A stretch of 64,000 nt of DNA from Sphaerodactylus townsendi (Eukaryota), in the NCBI RefSeq assembly GCF_021028975.2, contig NC_059429.1, positions 80,476,001-80,540,000 of the forward strand. The letters run 5' to 3'. Below, one piece after another: positions 30,052 to 41,168 of the stretch; the first letter of the stretch is position 1; every line of letters begins with the position of its first letter. Position numbers and translations under genes: made by a program. The notes below the pieces were generated by a model. It did no database searches. It was not told where the DNA came from and worked only from the letters and a program-made list of their open reading frames with translations.

Positions 30052-30929
30052 GGCCGTTTTTTGCACGGCACAATTACACCGGGTTGAGATGGGATCATAT
30101 ATACCTGGGCTATTTTATCCTGGTTTCTCTATACGCGCGGTTCCCTGCTTCTGCCCAGGAGCAGAGTTGGTAATGCTCCAGTTTGCTCCACATGACCTGA
30201 ATTTCTGTATTTGCTTCGGAAGCATTTCTGAGCATGCCCAGTGTCCCGTGTTCCAATTGGCTGTTGCTTTTGATTGGCAGCTTGAACGGACGTCAGCCGA
30301 CTGAGCAGGAACAATACACTTGGGTCTGGGAGGGTGGGAGATCAGCCGGCTGGGCAGGAACAATACACTTGGTCTGCCCTTGATTGGTGTTTTTGTGTAT
30401 GTGCTGTGGGAATGGAAGAAATTGTTCTGTGTTTTTAATGGTTTAAAATAAGATTTTGCTATCAGAGGGAGAAAACTAGTGAACAGGTCTGCTAATTGAT
30501 TTAAAATAAAGCTTGTACTGAGGAAAATAGACCAAGTGATTTTTCTGATTGGCTGTTGTTTTTGAGTGGCAGCTGGAATTACCTGTGAGCTTCCCCAATA
30601 TTCTGCGTTCTGATTGGCTGCTGTTTTTGAGTGGCAGCTTGAATGAACTTTAGGCAGGGAGATTAGCCGGCTGGGCAGGAAAAATAAACCGGTCCTGTTC
30701 CTGGTTGGTTTTTGCACGGCACAGGCACAAGCAGCATCACACTGGGATTTTTAAAAAGAACCTCCAGACTGGTGATTTTTGAAAATCCCAGGCTAAGGTA
30801 AATATTGCGGGGAGGGGGGGGGCACACTGAGGCAGACCCTGTGCAGTTTCAGGAGCCGTGCGGAATTCCCTGCTGCACAGGGATATTTTCCATGCTCACC
30901 CCGGGATATTTTGACCGTGTAAAAATTAC
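30052..30929. mobile_element. TIR element (PIF/Harbinger-like) in the ETV7 3' region
   Basis: Imperfect TIRs of about 35 bp (GCCGTTTTTTGCACGGCACAATTACACCGGGTTGAG vs CTCACCCCGGGATATTTTGACCGTGTAAAAATTAC) and internal repeated GATTGGCTG units. Confidence 0.6.
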
Positions 30930-31183
30930 ATGTATGTGGGGCATTCTGGTCCAAGAAGACAGTCTCATGAATCAGCTCCCCACTCACACCTTGTGACTGA
31001 GGAGTTTACACATCTGAGAGATCAGTTTTGATTAAGAAATTTTTTCAGTCACAGCAAGTTGTGCAGTTATGCAACCACCACCACATACATCTACACCTTT
31101 TGTGCCCAGTTAAAACGAGCAAAAGGAGGATAGAATGAAAAGGCACAGGATATCCAATATAAACAATTGCAAAAGCTACCTAT

Positions 31184-31691
31184 GGCCGTTTCCGCACGGC
31201 CTCCTTGCGCCCCCACGCCGCCAAGAGTGCTGGCGTGGAAGCTCTTCGCGACGCAAGCGTCGCGAGCAGGCCAAGCGGAGGCCGCCGCAGGAGAGGCGGC
31301 TCCACACGGAGCCGCCTCTTCGCCCTCCTCCGTTCTACTCACGATGTCCTCGTCGTCGCCTGCTGGCCGTCGGAGCCCCGCCCACGCTGCCCTCCAACCC
31401 CTGGAGGTGGGAGGACAGTGTGAAGGCGAGAATCCAACTGGCGATATCATAATAGAACGGAAGGCTAGCAGCATTATCTTGTGGCCTTGGTTCGCACCGC
31501 ACCTCCGGGAAGGCGCTTCCTCTAACAACAACCCAGGGGTTTGTTTGTTGTTTAGAAGCTGACAGCGCCCTGGGGAAGCGCATTCAGGTCGCCCGCTGCT
31601 GCGTTGCAGCAGTGAAAGCGCGTGCGGCATTAAACTGGGCTGGCGTTTTTTACCGCCCAGGCGATCGTTTATAGACGTCGCGAGAGCGGCC
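31184..31691. mobile_element. young CpG-rich PIF/Harbinger-like MITE
   Basis: GGCCGTTTCCGC...GCGAGAGCGGCC ends and a 3-bp TSD TAT. Confidence 0.7.
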
Positions 31692-32616
31692 TATGTGAGT
31701 TAATTAGGATGTCAGTTTCCTCCCATTTTGTTATCTTTTAGTAGAAGAGTCACCTCTCAAAAGTGCTGCAGCCTATGTTGTACAAACCCTTTGGGGATCG
31801 GGCGGTATAGAAATTGAATAAATAATAATAATAATAATAACTTTCCAGTGTGTCGATATCAATATTCAGATTAGCTTAAAGTAGACTTTAGAAGCTGTTT
31901 TTAATCCACTTCAGCACTTTCATAGTAAACTGCTGATGCAGATCTAAATCAAGATAATGGTTCTCATGTTTCTTAAATGCTTTTGCCAGGAAGATTACTT
32001 CAGTTTTTACTAAAGGGAAATGGAAGTTGAGTGAGGGAAAAGAAAGGTATTGATTTAGCAGCCCTGCAAATGAAAACAGACATTGGTCTTACCTGTGAAG
32101 GTGATTTCTCCATTGAGCGATTGGGAACATCTGGGTATTTGCTAATCCACCAATCAGGGAGGCAGGAATTTGCATAAATTTTTCCCAGGATTCCCTCTGT
32201 GCCTTGCTTCTCCTCCTCTCCTCAGTTTTGGATTCTCCCATCAGTAGTGACAGACGTGATGACAGTGTAGAGGTCATGTTCTCCATTTGAATAAATGGCA
32301 TAAAAAACTCCAGAAAATTCAGAACAGTTAACTGTAATAACTTGAACAAACACAATGTCAATAATATATCATGAGGAAAAATCCAATGAAGAGGAAAAAC
32401 AGCGGGTCAATCCAGAGGTGACCAACATTATAAAAAACACTGGGAAAAGAAACTAGTCTTGTAAAGAATTGATGAGAGGATGTCTGACCAATTTTTTGGG
32501 GGGCAGATGTTCCCAATCGCTCAATGGAGAAATCACCTTCACAGGTAAGACCAATGTCTGTTCTCCATTGAGCGAGGGAACATCTGGGTGACCTCCCCTA
32601 GCAGTGTCACAATCTT

Positions 32617-33630
32617 TTACAGGGTGGGGTCAAAATCCTCTCCAATAATATGTTGTAACACTCTGCGGCCATAGTCTGCATCTGCCGCACTGAAAATATT
32701 AAGCTTGTAATGTCTTACAAATGTTGAAAGAGAAGACCACGTTGCCGCTCTACAGATCTCTGTGACTGGGACATTATTATTAAAGGCTGCATTCGTGGAG
32801 GCATTACGTACGGAATGCGCCGTGATCCCTACAGGAATCGGCAACTTTTGGGTTTTGTATGCCTCTTCTATGCACTCTCTGAGACATTTACTGATAGCTT
32901 GAGAAGACAACTTTTGCCCCTTGTTGTGATTGGCAATGGAAACAAATAAAGACTCTGATCGTCTAAAAGTCTGAGTTCTAATGAGGAAGGCCTTCAAGGA
33001 CCTCCTAACATCTAGCTTATGCCAATAAATTTCTTTTGAAAACACTCGGGGGGCGGTACAAAGTCCGAAGGGGAGGGCCCTGAATTGGAAGTGATCCTCC
33101 CCTATCCCGAATCTTAGGAATCTGCGATGCCCCTCGAAGATCGGGATATGAAGGTATGCCTCTGAAAGGTCTACCGACGTGAGGAACTCCTGGGGGTGAA
33201 GGGAATCCGCTATGGATCTCAGTGTCTCCATTCTGAAGTGTTTTAATTTTACAAATTGGTTGACGTATTTTAAATCTAGAATGGGCCGCCATTCCCCGTT
33301 TTTCTTGGGGACTGTGAATAGAATGGAGTACACCCCTTTTTCCCTTTGTTCCCGTGGAACAGGTTCCACTGCTTCGATTAGTAGCAGGTGAGAGATGGCT
33401 TCTAATTTTCTTAGTCTTTTTTCCGGATTTAAGGAGAGAGGGGACAGCAGGAAACGACTGGGGGGAAGGGCTGCAAACTCTATTACATAGCCTGAGGAAA
33501 CAATTTCTAGGGACCAGGCATCTACCTTGGATGTCTTCCAAATCTGTTGGTACCTTAGAAGTCTGCCCCCCACTGCTACGCTGTTGGCGTCAGGCTTTGC
33601 TATTACGTGAGTCTTGGAAGGACCGGTCAT
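32617..33630 (-). pseudogene. DIRS RT(N-half)-YR(C-half) in-frame deletion fusion ORF
   Basis: VGGRL..W..GYVIEF..VPKKNGEWRPILDLK..FRMETL..DLSEAYLHIP..LPFGLCTAPRVFSK joined directly to EIYWHKLDVRRSL..TAHSVR..CRAATWSSLSTFVRHY. The RT YxDD motif, RNase H, methyltransferase and first catalytic Arg of YR are missing. Confidence 0.9.
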
Positions 33631-35083
33631 TTCCTTGTTGCTTTCTGGGCATGAAGCCCTTCTTGAATTGCTGGCGGCCTTGGTTCCAGTACGGGCGCCT
33701 GAAGTCTCTTTTGGCCTGGCTGAAACTCTGCTGAAATGTCTGTCCCTGGTAGGGACGAAAATTGTTGCCGGAGCCTGATTTCTTGTCGAACCTGCGAAAG
33801 GACTTAGGCAAAAGTTTAGGTTTTTCTTTGGGGTCTATTAGGAACTCCTTAAGTTCATCTCCGAAGAGCTTATGCCCTTGAAAAGCGCACTCAGATACCA
33901 AAGCCTTGGATTTCCAATCTGTTTGCCATGCTCTTAACCAAAGGAGCCTGCGTGCAGCAACTGAAGATGCCATGGCTCGTGCCGCAAAGGTCACTGAGTC
34001 TATTGTGGCGTCTGAAGCAAAACACACTGACTTTAGCATCCTATTTACCCCCTCTATGGATCTGGTCTCACTTTCTGGGAGTAATTCTAATACTTTTCTT
34101 CCCCATGCAATGGATGCTCTGCACACAATGGATGCTGTGGCTGACGCTCTGATTACCATGGCCATCGCTTCATGAGACCTTCGGCATAATTGGTCTGCGC
34201 GTCTATCTTGCAGATCCTTAATTTGTCCCCTACCATCTTTGGAAACCGGCCCTGTGGACTGGAGAGCCGCCACCGGGCCATCTATAATAGGTACTTGCAA
34301 AATGGCATTGGCATAGGATGGTAGTGCATAAAGCTTTCGTAGGAAATTTGGGCATCGCCTATTTGCGGCTGGCTTATCCCATTCATTAGTGACCTGGGTC
34401 TCAAAGTATTCAGGAAAGGGGAAAACCTTTTTTGAATGGGCGTTGGAAGGAAAATATTGGCCATCCCCTTTGTGTAGTGAGGTCGGCTTTCTTTTGGATG
34501 CATCCTCACCACTCTTGGCTTCACCTAAATGTAGGGCAGAAACCGCTTTGGATAATAGGTATTGGTAGTCCTCAATTTTGAAAAAACGAGAGGACTGTTC
34601 AGTGACCTGGATCTCCTCAAGATCCTCTGTATCTGATAAGACTTCCCCCTCCTCTCTGCTGTGTGAGTCTGAATCGGAGGAATCATCTGCTCCAATGGCT
34701 GGGCTCAGCCTGGGCTTCTTGAGAGCTGCCTTTGTCTGCCAAACAGGGTTCATTCTCTTATTTTCCCTGATGGTGTGGCGTGGAGGGGAAGCCCTGGAAC
34801 TATGCGGAGGACTCGAGGGTTCACGGCAAAGCTGCTCCCTGTACATGGCTAGCATTTCCTCCCTCATAGTGGCTTTCTCTTGTTGGAATGCCCCTTTAAC
34901 GTAACTAAAAATTTCGGATTTTAAATCCTTCAGGGAAAGCTTACCCTCTGCCTGCGACTCTGCCAGCGATTGTGACTGGTCCTCTGGTAATATTAAGGCA
35001 GCATCTGAGCCCTGGCCTGGGACACCAAGGCACAATGGGCTGTTTGGAGCTTCTCCTGCTCCGTCGCGCCTAACGGCGGCCAT
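33590..35083 (-). CDS. DIRS gag-like ORF (497 aa; probable true start at 35277)
   Basis: Long intact ORF with features typical of vertebrate DIRS1 gag (FPFPEYF..WDKP, ARAMASSVAARRLLWLRAW..FQGHKLFG). Confidence 0.85.
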   Translation of the reverse strand: MAAVRRDGAGEAPNSPLCLGVPGQGSDAALILPEDQSQSLAESQAEGKLSLKDLKSEIFSYVKGAFQQEKATMREEMLAMYREQLCREPSSPPHSSRASPPRHTIRENKRMNPVWQTKAALKKPRLSPAIGADDSSDSDSHSREEGEVLSDTEDLEEIQVTEQSSRFFKIEDYQYLLSKAVSALHLGEAKSGEDASKRKPTSLHKGDGQYFPSNAHSKKVFPFPEYFETQVTNEWDKPAANRRCPNFLRKLYALPSYANAILQVPIIDGPVAALQSTGPVSKDGRGQIKDLQDRRADQLCRRSHEAMAMVIRASATASIVCRASIAWGRKVLELLPESETRSIEGVNRMLKSVCFASDATIDSVTFAARAMASSVAARRLLWLRAWQTDWKSKALVSECAFQGHKLFGDELKEFLIDPKEKPKLLPKSFRRFDKKSGSGNNFRPYQGQTFQQSFSQAKRDFRRPYWNQGRQQFKKGFMPRKQQGNDRSFQDSRNSKA

Positions 35084-36889
35084 TTTACGCGCCTCTTCCT
35101 TTTTAGTAGCGTTCTTTTCGGCTCGCCAGTACGCGATTCTCCGTCGAGAAAGCGGAGGCGGCCCCTCTCAGGGCTGCTGTCGCCTTCCCCGGCTGTTTCC
35201 TCGGGTGGTCGGCGGCTGGAGACGGTTCCGTCGCTCTCCTCCTCTGAGGAGAGAACCGTGTCCCGTTTTCGCGGCATGGCGGCTCTTTTTCCCGCCGCTC
35301 GCTGCTTGCCTGCAAGAGAGGATTGCCGGGCAGAGCGAAAAGCCGCTTGCGAGAGCCCGGCGGTTGCCGTTTGCGCGCCTTTTGAAAAACGCGCCCCTCG
35401 CCTCTAAACGCCAGCAATGGCTGGCAAGCTAAATAACAGTTATCGAAGAATATCAGTGGCAGTGAAGCCACTGCGACTGCACTCCCTAAGGCAGGAAACA
35501 AAACTGAGGAGAGGAGGAGAAGCAAGGCACAGAGGGAATCCTGGGAAAAATTTATGCAAATTCCTGCCTCCCTGATTGGTGGATTAGCAAATACCCAGAT
35601 GTTCCCTCGCTCAATGGAGAACAAAGCTTTTCTTGTCCCAGTCATACAAAAACAACACACAAACTTGCATTACTGGGTTCCAGATATTTTAAGATGATGT
35701 AAGCAGGAATTGAGTAGGTCATGCTGCCACATAACTATGAGGGGAAATCCTCAGTCTTTTTCTTGTAATTGTTTTCCTTACCTGTTTATTTTGATTTGGT
35801 TTGTCACTATCATGTATAGGGTGTCACATGTGTTGGTTTCATTTCAAGAGCATTCTGACTTCTATCATTGGCCAGAGATCTGCATCTAATTGCATGCCTG
35901 GTGATCTCAAGTGATGACTGGTGATCTTTGAGGATGCATCAAATGATTTACCTAGCTTGTTCACTGATAAACTGAAGTGAGTGCACATCTGAATTACACA
36001 TAATAACTTTGTTTCTGCTTGTGGATCTACTGTCTTTGGATCCAAGAGCTGATCTATGAAGACCTAGAATTTTATTTATTTGCACTGGATCTTGAATTAT
36101 GGAGTGGACTTCCTTAAAGGTCACAAGACACATGGAGAGGGATGCAACTCTGGGCAGGGGTACTATTCCTGGGGCAAGTGAAACCTTTATCAGCTAAGGC
36201 CAGGTTGGGTAAAATGCCCTTGACAGAGAATGCTCACTGGACCATCTTGGATTTGAGGGACTCGCTGCATTCTCCTTATCTGTCATTGCACACTAATTTA
36301 GAAGGAAGGGAACTCAGAAAGAGGCCAATATACCCTACACAAAGGTACTATTTATTCATATTCTAATTTTAATGTGGGGATGGCAATACAATCCTCTCAT
36401 GTGCCAGCAGGTTCTTTGCCTACAGCTGCATGCAAAAATCTCACATGCCTATTTGTGGATCACTTAGCTTGTGCTCAGCAGAGCAGAAGCGGAGTTTTTA
36501 ACTGCTTTGCATTTTATGTTTCTAAAAGGTTCTAATTTTGAAAGGATTTGTGCTTGGGTCAATTTTTCAACTTGTTTTAAAATGTTTGTCTTTTTGCATT
36601 CTTCTGGTTTTACAGTTCTTTCTTTAGTTGTTTTAAAGATCTTTCTGTGTTGTATTTTTTGGAAGAGTGGTTTTGTGGAATTTTGAGTTGTTCCTGTTGG
36701 CTTTTAAATTTAAAAATATTTTAGCAGGTTCCAAGAAAAATTCTAATTATGTTTAATTACATTAACTACAAGTGAGAGTTTTGGCATTTTTAAAAAACAC
36801 AAATGTCAAGCTTAGGGTTCCGTTCTCAAAAATATGTAAGGTTTGGTTAAGGCGATTCAGGCGATTAAAAAAATTAACTGAAGCATTTG

Positions 36890-37060
36890 TGCATAAAGTG
36901 CTATCAAGTCGCACCCTACATATGGTGACCCAGCAAGGAACTTTCAAGGCAGATGAGAAGCAGTAGTAGTTTGCCAGCTCCTTCCTGGCAATGACTTCCT
37001 TGGTTGTCACCCATCCAAGCACCGACTCTGTTTAGCTTCTTAGATCTGAAATTGACACAT
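36890..37060 (-). mobile_element. 5S-headed SINE (second, more degraded copy)
   Basis: CAGATCTAAGAAGCTAAACAG..TGCTTGGATGGGTGAC head; same tail as 16515-16725. Confidence 0.65.
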
Positions 37061-37432
37061 CTCAGACAATCAGCTGTGAGGAATCTTGTTCCCCAATAAT
37101 AGGAGGGAAGACACAGTAGCAACAAAACAGCCAGACCATTCCAATGGTTTGACTGGGATATAAGGACTTAGATCTCCATTCCAATTTGTATCTGACGAAG
37201 GGTGTTTTGACTCTCAAAAGCTTATATTCCCAAAATCTTGGTGGTCTCTAAGGTGCTGCTGGATTTGAATCTAGCTGTTCTACTGCAGATCAATACAGCT
37301 ATCCCCTGAAACTATTTTTTTGTAATATGTTATGTGTACATAGACTAAGTGTTGTCTTATAATAATTCAAACAGCCCAGCAAGTGGCAAGAGAACAAGTG
37401 TGTGTGGGTGCTGATCCTGCCCATTCCTCTAA

Positions 37433-37540
37433 GGCAGATTCAGCATGGGTTAAAAACAACGGTGTGAAAACAATGTAAAATGGTTTAAAAGGGTTTACAC
37501 CGTTTTCACACCGCTGTTTTTGGCCCATGCCGAATCCGCC
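37433..37540. mobile_element. palindromic Harbinger/Tourist-like MITE
   Basis: Near-complete hairpin with TAA TSD on both sides. Confidence 0.8.
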
Positions 37541-38216
37541 TAAGAGTCACTGCTGTACTAAAAGGAACAGGTTTTCACACCGTCATGCAGATATAGCTTA
37601 GACCAGTAACCAAACCAAACAATTCTCCACAATCCTGACATTCATGATAGAGCACATTGAATTTGGACTTTGTCTTGCATAGCAGTTCACATGAATTGCC
37701 TAGATGACTGAGAGTATACAGGTATGTATTAATCCTGCCAAACAAAAAAGTTGCGTTGCATCAACTGCTCTTTATGTGCACCCCAGTGTACAACGTAACC
37801 GTGAATAAAGTGCAATATTACAATACAAAACAACAGTAGTACGACTATTATTGAAGTCAATATCTCTTCCAGTGAGGCACAATTATTGAGTATTTGAAAC
37901 AGTCACTTTAAGACGAGAATCCAACAAATGTTGCAACACAACTTTTTTGTTTGGTTGTATTAATGTTGCATCATTGTGGTATATTATACTATGTATTAAT
38001 CCTGGCCATGAATCTTTAAAGTGAAGACAGAGCCTTCCTGAATTTGATAAGAAGGAGACGTTCTCAGCTTGCAGAGTAGTTCTAAGCATGCATCGACCCA
38101 CCAACAAATATCACATTGTTTTTCTTCCAGATTGCCTGAAATTGTTCAGCATTCCTGCAATTCCATGTGAACAGCAAAAATTAGATCAAAAGCCAATGGC
38201 ATATTTTATAAACATT

Positions 38217-38222
38217 TTTATT
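38217..38222 (-). terminator. probable distal NFYA poly(A) signal (3'UTR about 2.9 kb)
   Basis: AATAAA on the - strand at the end of a U-rich, repeat-free stretch. Confidence 0.5.
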
Positions 38223-41114
38223 GGTTGGATAATGTACACAGTACTTACAGTTGTATCTATTAAAGACAAAATACACTTCAAAATGCAGCATAAAAAATTA
38301 TAAACTTTTGAACTATATACAAACTTTGTCTTACATTACACAAATATTAATGCCTCCCATCCCCATTCACAACCCCCCCAATTATTTTTTTGTACATGCA
38401 AAACATTTGAAAAGGTTTAGCATCACTTGGGAGTTTCAACTCTATCCCGCAAGTGTCAACCCTCTTTAAGTGGGCTCAATATTCCAATGTCAAACAAATT
38501 TGTGTGTCAAAGAATTTATACTTTTCTCAAACTTAATACAGCCTTCTTCCTTCCTCTACATCCAATTAAATATTTCATGGTCTTATTTTTCACTTCCCAT
38601 CAGCTTGTTTTGTCATTGCTTCTGCTTTACATTTCACTTGCAGCAGAAGGTTTTGCAACATGTTGTAGTACAAGGCTCTCACTATGAACAACTATTCTGA
38701 AGTAAGGGTAACCTACACACATTAGGTTGAAGCCACAGGCCTAATAGATCCTATCAGGACATCTACACCGTTACAAAAAAACCTAAGTATAGAAATTTTT
38801 TACAGACCAAAAATTAAATGTCTATGCATAATCTACACATAGATATCACAAAGACCAATTTTGTTGTTTAAACATGGGGAAGGGCAGTAATGGCTAAGAC
38901 TTTTTGAAATTGCAAATGTCTTGTTATATTTTACAAATACACAAAGAAGCGGGACAATCCTGCTTCCTTTACTTCCCAATTTGCAGAGTTGGAAGGGGGA
39001 AATGGAGAAATAACTTGAATCCAGACTATCAAATCTTCGCCTTTCCATGTCTACCGCTATCTCAGAATGGACCAATGCTCTTAATATTTACAGCAATGCT
39101 GAAAAACAATCATACCAAAACAAAGCATTCATTGATCCTTAACTAAGACAGCTTACTTAACTGTCAAATTGGATATTATTGTGAAACCAATGAACAGAAC
39201 TTGTAGGCAAGTATTGAAGCAGCCAGCTAAAAAATGCCATAATGGAAGCCCAAAACACGGTGGAAACCAATAATGGAAAGGAATGAACAAAAAGATTTAG
39301 AACAAACAAAGCAATTCAGAAACATGTAACCTACATGCAAGTTTACAAATGGACAACAGCATGAAATAAGATTTATTTATTTTTAATTTGCTTCCCAAAA
39401 CATAAGTCATAAATCACCATAAAATATGCATTGCCCAACCTCTACTTCATATATGGAGCTTCACCTGGTTTTGTCCTCCATTGTTCCAAGGCTTAGCAGG
39501 GAAAAGCTCACCATTAAGAAATGAAACTAAAGCATTAATAAAGTTAGCCTGAAGGAATATCAGTTCTTGATGACAGTTAGCTGGCCCAAAAAGCTCTAAT
39601 TCCAATGAACTGGGACAAATCTATAAAATTAATCACAAATCCTTAGAACTGAATTCTACTTTTCATTTTAAGCAATGAAAATGAGGGCTTATAGAGGGTA
39701 CCTTCCTCAAAATGAAAACCAATGTGTACTTTCTATCTTGGTACTTCTTCCAATGGCATCACAGCCTCCCTATAAAGCTCAGTAGTCAATAACTAGACCC
39801 CTTCTATCTTAATGGCTTTCACTTCACAGCTCATCTTCCTGTAATGGCCTGACTCCTGTTCTATAACACTTTCAATCCTGGTGAGCAATGCAGGCTTAAC
39901 ATATGATTGTAAATATATAAAAACAAAACACAGTGCCAGATGAACCACAAAACACTAGCTAAATATAGGTAATGACAAGGGGAGAAGCAGTTGCATGCTT
40001 CTTGCTAGAAAGGGCCTCAATTTATCTCCAAAAACTGAGCTATCAACTGCAAAAACAAACCGCACTCTCATACCCCTTAACATACCTAATTACCAGGCAG
40101 TCATAACCTAACTAGAGCAGCCACTGAAAAGAAGGCTGCAGAATTGTTATGTGTCAGATTTACAAGGAACATTACATAAAAAGTCGGAAAGGATTGCCTA
40201 TACTAGCTGTCTTTCTACTAAGCAGGATATAACAAGGTTCAGTTTGGTTAGGGCAATGGCACAGGTATGTCGTCTGATCTTGGAGAAATAACAGCATCAA
40301 TTATACAAGACAGTTTGTCTGGGAATAATCATTGCCTGCATTTCAGAAGAGCAAGCCTGTCATCCCTAAATGACTTAAACAGGATTTCAGCCAGTTCCAA
40401 CACCAGCCAAATTTTCTCCTCTCCCGTTCCCTGTGCAACCCTCCCCACCCAACCCCAAGAACATGCGTATATCACTTCAAATCTTTTCCAACACTTTGAA
40501 AGAACAGATTTTGTCCTAGACAGATAATTCATGACAATTTATGTATGATAATACTTCAAGAAAAACTTTCAACGTCTTATCAAAGCTTCTCTAGAATTCC
40601 ATCGGCAAAGATGCTGCTACAGGGTGTTGACAGCAAGTATAAAGTCCAAGGCTGTGAGGTGGGACCAAGAAGACTACATGGAGAAAACAAGGTGAAGGTG
40701 TAGGCTTCTCAGCTATAGCTTCTCCCGATATCAGTCATGTGATTGCAGAGCTGTGGCTTCCAAATGGCTTAAAAGCTAGCCCTATTTCAACATGCCAGTT
40801 ATTGCTGAGGCAGTGGCCGTTTCAAGCTGGGCCACTGTTATTGTCAAGGATGTCAAAGGCCTAGAGAGTGAAACCCGAAGCTCCTTGATCTGAACTGGAA
40901 AGGCAGATACCCAAAGTCAATAGGTGTTCCCATTTGCTGGGGGCCTGGCAGTTAAAATCCTAAAACAAACCATTACTGAGACTGTGGAATTTGTTCTGAA
41001 GAAGAGAAAAGGGTGTGCATATGGCAATTTTCCCATTTGGAAGTTCATCTGATAGGGAGGACAGGAAATAGGAGATACAGCATTTGTCCAGATGATTTGT
41101 TCTATAGCTAATTG

Positions 41115-41168
41115 TTAAGATACTCTGATCATCTGTGTCATCGCTTCTTCATTTGCTTGGGTTGGATC
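41115..41168 (-). CDS. NFYA: NFYA last coding exon
   Basis: DPTQANEEAMTQMIRVS*. Confidence 0.95.
   Translation of the reverse strand, partial: DPTQANEEAMTQMIRVS

Larger units (their letters stand above)
32075..35623 (-). mobile_element. DIRS1-type tyrosine-recombinase retrotransposon, internally deleted (3.55 kb)
   Basis: Inverted terminal repeats (32106-32230 vs 35499-35621, differing only by a 2-nt indel as read by eye), a 3' extension, an internal complementary region at 32504-32589, a gag-like ORF, RT motifs and YR motifs HSVR...TFVRHY. Confidence 0.96.

Noticed and set aside
30115-30717. 200-aa - strand ORF with internal repeats
   Set aside because: Translation of the repeated units of a non-autonomous TIR element.
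31091-31691. CpG island with overlapping 100-180 aa ORFs suggesting an unannotated gene
   Set aside because: It coincides with a TIR/TSD-bounded young MITE; long ORFs in several frames reflect high GC.
33354-34904. + strand ORFs antisense to DIRS gag/RT
   Set aside because: Shadow ORFs of the coding strand with no independent evidence.
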